Assembly (NCBI RefSeq): GCF_000143415.4
Contig: NW_003314324.1
Span: forward strand, 695,379 to 759,378
Direction of reading: 5' to 3'
Length of the DNA: 64,000 nt
DNA from: Selaginella moellendorffii
Lineage: Eukaryota; Plantae; Lycopodiophyta
The notes under the pieces are model-generated. The model was given only the letters and a program-made list of their open reading frames with translations. It had not been told where the DNA came from and ran no database searches. Both the position numbers and the translations under genes were made by a program. Below are positions 54,070-64,000 of this stretch, in pieces. Every line of letters starts with the position of its first letter. Positions within the stretch are counted from its first letter, which is position 1.

Positions 54070-56467
54070 TCAAGAGTCTTGCCACAAGCCGTGGAAGCCG
54101 AAGGGGAAACTGTATTCTCTTGGAACCTCCACCTTGGCCACGAGAGCGTCCCTTGCGCCAATGCGACGCGCGTCCAGGATCACCAAGTAGCGTCTCTCGT
54201 CCACAAACGAGTACTGAGAATGGAAGAGCCAAACAAAAAGATTAGAGCTTGTTCAAGCACTTTGCTTGGGCGTAGAACTTTACCTGGACAAAGATCACGT
54301 AACCATCGTCTTCGCCACCTTGGGAGCTCTTCCTCTTGACAAACTGTGGCTCTCCAACAGCACACCTTTCCCCAGCCCACCATGACGATGCTCGGCCGCT
54401 TGGCCCGTGGAGCTTCGTGATGCTGTCCATTGGAAAGCTCGAGAGGGTCTTGCGCCGGCCTGAGTTTGTGGTAGCGTACGTGAACTCGTTCTTGCCGCCC
54501 GAAGCTGTGGAGTTTATAACCGGAAAGTCCGTCGCGAAGTTGGCATTCTTGAATCGTTCCGACTTTTGCAAGAGGATGCTGTCATCGAGATTGCTGACGT
54601 CCACAGTCACTCGGTGCATTCTTGGAGACTGTAGCTGCTCCGGCTTGAACTTGGAGGAGGAAGTGTTGTTCATGCAGCCCGGATCCATATGCTGTTCTTG
54701 CCACTTGTATCCTGGAACAAGAAAGAGAGGAAACTCATCACTATTGGATATATAAGAGCTTACAAACTCACCAAATATGCTGTTTAGTGAAAACCACTTG
54801 TAAGAGCTGAGGCACGCGTCGACGACGAATCTAATTTTGTGCCCCCCCTCCAATGTTTCTTCGCTTGCGTTGGCAATGTGGGTCACCCAAAGCTGACCCG
54901 GAATTTTAGCAGGCACAGTCCAATCCCGTCCGTTTCTCTCGTCGAATCGAGGAAGCATATACAAGGGACTGTACGTTGTTGATTCGTCCACTGCCAAGCA
55001 GTTTATCATGGGAGAAAGGCCCGCCATTGCAGTGAGCGAACCTACATTCAAATACAAACAGGATCTTACTTTGTTTCGAATGAAAAGAAGAATGGACTTA
55101 CTGCCAACATCGAGCGTCACCCTGTTGCCGAGAATGACATAGTGCTCGTCAGTAAGAGCCCAGTCGTGAACCATTAACTGATCGTCGAGAAGAAATTCCT
55201 TACGTTGTATCAGCTTGAAGTCTGCATCAAATTCTACACAAGTAGAACAAAAACACATTAATAGCTCTGACGAGAAAGAATGTTTATCGTACCATAGGCA
55301 GTGAATGTCGCCTTCGGTAGCACCATATCTTCAGCATTCGACGTGATCACCACAAGTCTTTGCCTCCTCTCGTCGATCTTGAAGTGAGCCAAAACTCTCT
55401 CTTTTGGCATGTTAAATCCTCCTGCAGGATAAAAGCTTAACAAGCGATCAGCATGCTAGTATAGAATACCTGTGAGTATGGGAAGCAGGGCCCTGGCACA
55501 CAGATCAAGCGCTACAGAGCTTTGCAGTCTATCATCCTTTCCCGATTCTTCAAATGGAAGTCTGCATGGAAACGAAAGCATTGGGTTGGAGAGCTGCAAA
55601 GTTGGTATGAAATCACCTGAAAGTTCCAATGGTTTCGAGGGTGTCCTCGTCGACTTCGTACGGCTCACCTCCTTCCCAAAGACACAAGAGTTTCCCTCCC
55701 CATTTCAACACGCTGGTATTTGCGACGTTCTTCATCACTTTGAAGTTGCCAATGCGGTGGCCATGTCTTAACAGGGAAAAGGGCCCCCTGTACTGAAACT
55801 TCCACGAGCGGGACTCCTCGTCGAATTCTTCTTTCATCGCTTCCGTTCTCACATATCTGCCAAAGGACAATCAGGATAAGATCAACACTAGAAAAAAAAT
55901 ACAATCCAACGACGAACCTTGCCGAGTATTGCACGAGATCTCCATTGCCAAAGTGAAACTTTCTCAGGTATCCATGACCGTCGAGAGGACTTACGCAGGA
56001 TCCATGATCATCCGCCCTGAGACCCGGACCACAGAGATAGTAGGACCCTTTTAAATCGCTCGGAATTCGTCCCTCCACGACTTTGAGCCGGACTGGATCC
56101 TTAACTTCAGCTCGTTGCGAGCCAAAAATCCTCTGGTAATCCCAGAATGCATGCACGTCTTCGATTGCTGGCTCTCGGATTGTCACTTCTTTGCTACTCG
56201 GAGGACTCACTGTCCTGGGAAGTGTCATGACGCCTTGCGGAGCGGTAGCGAAGGAACCTGCAAGAACAAAAGTTCGTATCAGAGACAATGTGTCCAATTG
56301 TTTGCACAAAACTTCCACTCACTGCTCGGCTTTGCAGATTCTACTGAGGCCGATGAAGCGGCTGCTGGTCGAACTACGAGCCGTCTCTGCGAGCGTCGTT
56401 GCGAGCGAAGCGAAGGGACCTGACATAACAGCTCGAGCGCTCTTAGTTTCTCGAGCTCCAAAGCCAT
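54070..56467 (-). CDS. CCD7: Carotenoid cleavage dioxygenase 7 (strigolactone pathway)
   Basis: AFWDYQ.IF.SQRAE, DDHGS.V.PLDGHGYLR, KVMKNVANTSVLKWGG, MVHDWALTD, FPFGFHGLW; N-terminal transit-peptide-like exon. Confidence 0.92.
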
Positions 56468-56932
56468 AGCCTGAAGCTTTTAGCCTCGACAAAGTTTGAG
56501 ACTTAGCCTGTACCTGAGGAGACAAGATGAAAGAAAAGACAGTGCAAACTGCGAAGTTAGCGATGCTAACAATACGACGAGCTAAGTCTTAGAGCATATT
56601 AGCATATTAGCATACATACAGGAATATAGAATCATAAACTTAGAACCTTCCAAGTCATACAAATCCAAATTTTAACAGTAGCCCGGAGCACAAAACCTTC
56701 GTTCATGCTCGCCAATAACAAACAAGCCAACAGGATCTCCCATCAGCCAATATGATGTTATCCTTTTTTCATGGGCGGCCAACTCAACTCGGCCACCTTC
56801 TACATCAAGCGCCTGTCTACATTATAAAAAAAAAAAAGAGAAACATAGCATAATCCGTGGAAAGAATCGACGAACGAGCGCCAAAATCTTACATCGTTTC
56901 GATGTATCCTTTTGTTTACTTCCTAGCTGCTG

Positions 56933-59904
56933 TTACCACACGTCTCTCAAATAGCGGCCATCCATCTGGAGCTTTTTGACAAAAGCCTCTGTTTTGGAGC
57001 TGTCCAACGAGCCCTGAGATAAAAACGGGAATAAAATCAGGGACAAAAACGTTACGAGGAATGAAATCCGGCACCTGTTCCTGGACTATCGTGTGGAGTG
57101 TGCGGTGCACGTCCTTTGCCATTCCTTTTGCATCTCCACAGACGTAAATATATCCGTCGCTGGAGATTATGTCCCACAACTGGTTTGCCTGAAAAAAGCG
57201 CGACAGTCACGAAACACTCCCCCGTTTACGTTTTCTCATACCTTCTTCATCATGATGTCCTGCACATACTCTTTCGTCGGGCCTTCCCTTGAGAATGCTA
57301 CGTACAAATCTGTGATAATGCCCGTCTCCCGGTATCTTGCAAGCTCCTCCTCGTATATATAATCCTGCGTTGCAAAGTAGGAATCGATTACAGCTTTAAA
57401 ACTCCAGCCAAGCTTACTTGTTTCCGGTTCCTGCAGCCGAAGTAAAGAATCGCAGTTCCCAGCTGCTCGCCAGATTCTTGGAGGGCAGCCCTTTCCTGTA
57501 GAAAAACATGGTGCGCTAAATGATTTATGACGAAAGACGCTTGCTCACCTGCAAAAAACCTCTAAAAGGAGCTAAGCCTGTTCCAGGTCCAATCATCACT
57601 ATAGGAACAGTGGACTTTGACGGCAACTTGAACGTAGATTGCCTGACAAAAATACGTGACCAACTGCAGTCATTTCCTGTTTCTTCCGACGCTGTTGCAT
57701 GCTGTCCACATGTAAACACGTGAATAAGAAACAAGAGAGAGAGAGAAAAAAAAGAGAGAGACAAAGATCTTACTTTCATCCATGTAGAACAAACACCTCG
57801 ATGTAATCGACCAGTTGGACTTTTTACATACACTAAAGCAGAAGTGACATGTATCCGACTCGGCGAAAACCTGCTCCAGATCATTAAGACAGTAAAAGTG
57901 AGAAAGACTTTCGTACCTGGGAGACGATGAAATGGAGTAGTATCTCGGTTGCAACCGGGCCCCTACCGCAGCAAAGAAGACACCAATGGGCAATTTTACC
58001 GATGGAAAATCTTGCAAAACTTCAATAAGACTTCTCTGGCTTGCAGCAATATATTGAGAATATTCGTCCTGTAGCCACAAGTTAGTAAAATAAGGAGTAA
58101 AAGTTTGAAAACACACCTTTCCTTGTGGCGACTGCAAGTGTTTCAGTCGCTCTTGCTCCTCCGGATCGGAGGCATAGGCAGCAAGAACGGAAAGTACTGC
58201 CTGAAGACAATCAACACGTTAGAAGAGAAGCAGAGAACAGGTAGTTACCTTTCGAGGAGGATTTTGCAGATCGGTATGCTGTTGAAGAGCCGCCTTCATT
58301 GTGATCGGCCCCATGAAAGGAGGAGGCACACCTGAAAGGGGTGACCCATCCTCGTTGTCACCGTGCAGTGTGAAGATTGTGTCTAGCGAATATCCAAGTA
58401 CTTTAGCCGCCTCTTCTACAACATCATCTTGGTTTTCAGCAAAAACTCCCACGTGATCCCCAGTGAGATATCTGTTCGTTACAATGAGACAAAAATTAAA
58501 CCACATATATAGGACTTACGTCAAGCCGGTGTAAGAAATATCGAACTCCAAGTGAGTGCACGAGCGATCCGATAAGGGCGTGTGAAGCTCACGCCGGACA
58601 GCAACAGGAGATCTGCAAGTATCGCTAGTGAGAAGCACGGACAAAAACAAACAGTTTGGTAGATTCCTACCTGATAGGATGGCTTATGTCACACAGAGAT
58701 TCGCCGTTCCTTGCGACCTTCTCATAAGCCTTTGTGCCTCCTTCATGAATAACCACACGATATTCAGGAATTGCAGCCATGTAAGGGGTCGCAGAGCCGG
58801 TTTCATCTTCGCTACGCAGTAGCACATCAAGCTCGGGCCACAATTGCTCACGCCTAAGCAAACGGAAAGATAAGAAACGAATGCTAATTCAGTGACATGT
58901 TTACCAGGCCGTAAAATCATCCTCAATACACTGATCATCGTCACCAAGACCGCATTTCAGTAGCCGCTTTGCACCTGCATTGCAGAAAGTTTTGAGGAAA
59001 AACTAAAAAAAAAACCATCGTATGATATACCTTGCTTCTCCAATGCTTCGTCGACTTCCACTGCAACCTGCAAGGACGATAACGATAAAGATTATGCTCG
59101 CCAAACAACGTAAACTCGCATACCTTGTTGAAGTGCTCATATTGCCTGTTTCCTAGACCAAAAACAGCGTAGCTTAAGTTTCCCAGCCACGGTTCTTTCT
59201 CTTCCCCCTGAAAACGGAACATCAAAATTTCGATGACACGTACGTACAAGGAAATATCAAATACCTCGACAAACCATTTGTAAAAGCGAGCAGCATTATC
59301 CGTCGGTTCTCCATCGCCGTATCTAAAATGCATCAACAAGTAAGAACACCTGGCAAATTCGGGGAAGAACTTACGTGGCCATCACAAAAATCACAAGCGT
59401 CTCCTTTCTCAACTTCTGCTCGTACATGTCATCTTCTGGAGCGTATTCATCCTGCCAGATAAAAACATCAAATGGATCTCAATCTGATAACACTCGGTCA
59501 AAATAGTTATCTCACCAAATCTACAAGCTTGAACACGACCTTCGAGTTGTCATACCTTGTCTTCGCTTCTTCTACGATAGCCTGCCAAGAGTTCTCAGTC
59601 CATCACAACATCACAAAGAAAAAAAGAGAGAAAGAAAAACCTTGGCAAAGCCTTCGGCAGTCCCTGTTTGGGTACCGAAGAAAACAGAAACTTTCTTCTT
59701 GTCGGGATCGTCGTCCTCGGTTTCCACTTCAATCGTTGGCTTTTTAAACATCTTCTTCTCTTCCTCCTTCTTGGCCGGAGCATTCCTCCAGAACAACAAA
59801 ACGATCGATACTATCAAGGCACTGGCGGATACCGCCAGCACCAAAACCAGCGACGACACATCGGACAGGAGAACCGGGAGTGACTCGAGACCGAACGATC
59901 CCAT
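56933..59904 (-). CDS. CPR: NADPH-cytochrome P450 reductase (many exons)
   Basis: [79 protein letters not shown]. Confidence 0.97.
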
Positions 59905-60564
59905 GGTGATTGGGAGAAATTCGCTTCTGAAATTCCGGATCCTGCCTCACAAATCCCGCTAGCAGCTACGCAGCACCGAATTCCACACCATAGAATTGCA
60001 GATCGCGCTAGTCAACAGATCCCGGCCAGAGATTTTCCAAAATGCGCGAGCCGCGCGCCCGCGAAATACCTCGACGCCGAGCCGAATTGTCGCGATTGCG
60101 AGCTCCTCCCGACGAACCCTAGCTCCGTCACGCCATGAGAACCGGCACAGCGCACGCGCACACACACACAGAGGGCGCTCAGCCGAAGAAAACCCTTCGA
60201 GGCGTACGGAGCGTCGGATGGGAGGGCATCGCACGGACAGCGCCCGGACACGTGAGCGAATGGCGGTGGTAGAATTCTCGGGAATATTCCACGAGCATCT
60301 CGTGGAGGGGAATCTCTGGTTTATTTGATGGGTTGTTGTGCTCGATCCCCTTTTTGACGATTCGCAATCAAAGTAAGCACACGACGCTTACTTTCATGCG
60401 GTGAAAACGTCTTGGCAGTAAAGTTAACTCTTTCGAAGCCAAAGCCATCAAACCGAGAGCTCCAAGTTGTATGTACTGCGAAACTAAATAAAATCTATAC
60501 TGCGAAATCTGCGAAAAAGCTTTTGCAGATTAAAAACATGACTTTGCGAAAGTTTTCGAGATTC

Positions 60565-61072
60565 TCTGCCCATAATGTGTTGGCTTTGCAGCCAGAGCTG
60601 GCCTCGAGGATACAAGAACCGATCATCGGCCGGGTTATGGTCAAAAAAGAAAGGAAAAAAAAGCAGTCAACCTTTCGTGAGAACCTCAACTTCTCCAGTT
60701 TCTTGATGTTTGTTGGGATTTGATAACTCGGTGGACGATCGGTATGTCTCGTCCCTGCAAGACGAGCTTTCAAAGTTCTAGAGAGATCGGGAGACTTCCA
60801 TCGAGGTTAAACACGGGGGCTCTTTGCTCAATGATCTTCAAGAAAGCAAATCCCGCTGACAAGAAGAACATGATCTTAAGATTGTATCATACTTCCAAAC
60901 GAAAGGTGGGTTCCATGCTTCCAGTTAAGACGACAACTACTCCCTTCCAGATCATCAGCGCGGAAGTGACGATCAGTCCTGCAAAGAAATTTCCAAACGA
61001 TCGAGAAATCTCCTCGCAAGAACTGGCGACTTCAAGGCTCTCACCCAAGCCGATGATCTGCGTCGCGCGTGC
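60565..61072 (-). pseudogene. Degenerate tandem copy of the SEC11 gene
   Basis: [39 protein letters not shown]-like and WLQ.QHIMG-like segments repeat the adjacent gene, with deletions. Confidence 0.8.
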
Positions 61073-61195
61073 TAAGTAAACTTTGAAATGTAGGGCTGAT
61101 GTCACCAGCTTACTATGACACGCCATCACTAAAGACCCGCCACGTAAACCATTGTCAATTGTTCCAAAATGCAAATGATCAGTTAGATTTTTTTA

Positions 61196-62178
61196 TCACT
61201 CTTTGGATGTCAAAACCAGTAGCCCCAACACTCCAATCAGAATGTACTGCGCGGACGATCAAATCGAAAAAACAAAAAAATCAGCAAGAACATCAAAGAT
61301 GAGAAGGAAAACCAGACCTTGATCACTGGCTTCTCGGTCATGATAATTGTAACCCAGCCAACGTAAGGGAGAAACCTGCGAGAAAACGCACGATGAGAAC
61401 AAGGATTTTTGCGAGCCAGATCGAAGCACTCACCCCACAGCCCTGCCCATTATGTGATGCCTTTGCAACCAGAGCTGGCCTTGCGCATACAAGAGTCTAT
61501 CATCACCGTAATTGTTGTCGCCTAGAAAACGAAGATCACTGATTCATGAGAGTTCACGAGACACACACACACACACACAGAGATTTCTAGAAAAGAAATC
61601 GAAGAAACCAACCTTTCGTGAGAACCTCGACTTCTCCAGTTTCCTGGCGTTCGTGGACTTTGATCACGCGGTGGACGATCGGTATGTCTCGACCCTGCAA
61701 GAACCCCGGAGCTTAAGTTGCAAGACTTTGCAAAACTCTTCGAGAGAGATTGGCCACTTACATCGACGTTGAACACCACGATTTCTCCCGCTCGGATGGG
61801 ATCCTTGGTCATCCTCAGGAAGAGAATGTCACCCTGAAAGAAAACGAAGAACATTTCTAGCAAAAAACCATAAAATTGCTTACCCGTTGGAAGCCAGGCT
61901 CCATACTGCCGGACAAAACCACCACAACCGGCGACTCGCTCCCAGTCACGCACATCAATCCCTTCCAGATTATCAGCGCAGAAGTGACGATCATCCCTGT
62001 ACAAGCACAATTCCACCGAAACTAAGCCCCACATTCACCTCAAAAAAACCCAAATCTCCAGATCGCCGGCGCCGCGGCGCTGTAGATCTGATCACTCACC
62101 CAAGCTGATGATCTGCGTCGCGAGCTGCCGGTAGTGGATGCTTCGCACGGAGTGGACGGCATTACGCACCATCTCCAT
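61196..62178 (-). CDS. SEC11: Signal peptidase complex catalytic subunit SEC11
   Basis: [76 protein letters not shown]. Confidence 0.95.
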
Positions 62179-62332
62179 GGCCGCTCCGCCCCCTTAGGGT
62201 TTTAGCGATAAAATTTAACCTTGTTTTAATAACCACATCTTAACTTATCTTGCCATAAAATCTGATTAAGTAGCATGATAATCATGTTTATTTTGAAACA
62301 TGCTTAATTAAAATTTGATAATCATGATTTTG

Positions 62333-63765
62333 CGCAAAATGCGAATACCGAATCTCCAATGGCTTGCCGATCCGCGGCATATCCGGATCCCACCCACACG
62401 CGACCCATAGATGCTCGATCCGGAATATCCCTGGACCGAGCGCTCAGCGCGATGGCGTGGCCCTCAAACGAGCCCCCAAACACGACCCCGTTGGCCACAC
62501 GTGGGGCCGTACACCGGCGCATTGTAAGGGTTGGCCGCAGACCACGCGATCCGGCCAGTGGTCATACTAGATGGCCACCATCCCCCGCCCTTGGTGACCT
62601 CGCTAGTGGGCGCTAGGGTGAAATTCGCGCCATTGCTATTCGCGAATGGGACGTAGACGCGCTCGCCGTCCGCCCAGCTACCTTTAAATTCAAACTTTAG
62701 GGTTAGGGCCAAAATGGCGGGTAAAGGCTGGCCAACCGTGTCCCAGATGACGCTGCCGCTCGCCCTGTCCAGCGCCCAGACGATGCCACTCTTTTGAGCG
62801 ACGACGAGGATGTCCCGGCGATCGCGGGTCGTGAGGAGAATTGGGCACTGCCCGAAATCATAGTCTTCACCAGGTTCGTCCGGGCAATTGCTGGGCCGGG
62901 TGGAACATCACAGGCCTATCGCCACACATCCAATTCGCCAAGCCGCGCGGCCCAGCAGATCTCTCCACTGTCCAGATCGAGCGCGACGACGGATTCGTGG
63001 TGGAATGGATCATCGGGGTTCCTGCCTGTTGTGTTGGTCGCGCGCGCGGCCTCGCATTCCTCCACCTCTCTGGGAGCCGTGTATAGATTCCCAGTTGCGA
63101 TGTAGATGAGCCTCCGGCGCTTTTCGATCGGGGGACTGCTGCCCCACACCGCTGCGCCTGTGAATCCGCTGCCTTCTGGCAGCATCGACGTCCGCCATAG
63201 AACCTCCCCTGTCCGGAGATCGAGCTTTTGGAAGCTCCCTTGGAATGAGCAGCAATCCGGCTCAAAGACCTCTTGCGCGGAAGAAACACCCACAAAATAG
63301 CCACTGGTGATCACATCACACTGATGAGAAGATCTAGAAACAAGAAATTTGGAGAGTTATACCCTTGATACGCAGTGCCCGACATGGTGATCTGTGTTCT
63401 TGGGCGAATCCATTTTCTACCCCCAGCGTGATTATCACCGGCAGACCATTCACCCCGACCAGCACCATTTCAAGTTCTTCCACAAGAACCGGCGTAGATA
63501 GGGTAAAAGTTCCATTTATCTTGATAATGTCGGCCAGATTAACCTTCCGCTAGCCCGCCGTAAAAGTCAACGCAAAACACCCAGCCATTCCAGCTCGGAA
63601 AGAAGACCTTCCCCCAGCTCGAAATCAACGGCATGGCACTCACGTCCAGGCCGGCATTGAATCTCCACCGCTGGATCAAACCTCGCCGGGCGGAATTTTC
63701 AGAGATTTGAGAGTCCCTTGAAGAGTAGCGGCTGTTCCGGATGTCTCGCCCGTGTGTTACCCACT
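62333..63765 (-). pseudogene. PQQ-type beta-propeller (polyvinyl-alcohol-dehydrogenase-like) gene, apparently frameshifted; 5' end probably beyond these coordinates
   Basis: W.THGRDIRNSRY, VFFPSWNG, CCSFQGS..KLDLRTGEVLWRT, GAAVWGSSP, YIATGNLY, SVVALDLDSGEI.W, WALDRASGSVIWD. The frame breaks near 63545 and 63395 without obvious introns. Confidence 0.7.
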
Positions 63766-64000
63766 GTAAGAAAGCGAAGAGTACATGGTAAAAATGGTGT
63801 AAGAAGCTCAACTCTACCGGTGAAAAACATGACTCGCAAAGTCTTGTGGAGTTGACAATGTTTGGGACGTTTCCCAGCAAAACAAGAGCCCCATTGATAA
63901 AACCTAACTATGCAAAGAGTAGTAAATCCCATAAGGCAAAAATTGGCAGTTGCATGGCTTTTTCCTTAAGTATAAAATTAACTCAAAGTTAAATCTTCAT

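Noticed and set aside
54070-59904. CCD7 + P450 reductase (+ MATE, MYB) as a biosynthetic gene cluster
   Set aside because: No P450, CCD8 or D27 nearby, and unrelated housekeeping genes are interspersed; adjacency is expected in a compact genome.

Overview
Eukaryotic land-plant genomic DNA, gene-dense with introns often about 45-70 nt. This looks most like the lycophyte Selaginella, which is an inference. The left 25 kb is transposon territory. (i) 1-~11.4 kb is a large two-gene DNA-transposon-like element with its left end outside the window. Its plus-strand gene encodes a DUF7869/Sola-like DDD transposase. Divergent from it is one ~1,480-codon multi-exon gene that I reconstruct as ParB/Srx-like domain + degenerate beta-class amino-methyltransferase fold + long disordered linker + FCP1/NIF-type HAD domain. 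About 20 copies of a 22-bp palindrome (ATGGCRTGDGGCCHCAYGCCAT) are scattered across this element, including in introns, UTRs and coding loops; I found none elsewhere in the window. This protein-plus-palindrome pairing is the best candidate for an undescribed system. (ii) 12083-19599 is a very young non-coding LTR retroelement (TSD GTAGC) inserted into the integrase of (iii) an older, truncated, related Ty3/gypsy element (to 25061). The right 38 kb holds host genes: choline-transporter-like, tRNA-Gly, a papain-fold pseudo-protease, MATE, tRNA-Leu, a class I/II-like PI3-kinase with a PH domain (unexpected in a plant), UXT-like transporter, R2R3-MYB, HEN1, STELLO-like, an orphan ORF, CCD7, cytochrome P450 reductase, SEC11 plus a decayed tandem copy, and a disrupted PQQ beta-propeller gene. 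All calls come from reading motifs by eye; no searches were run.
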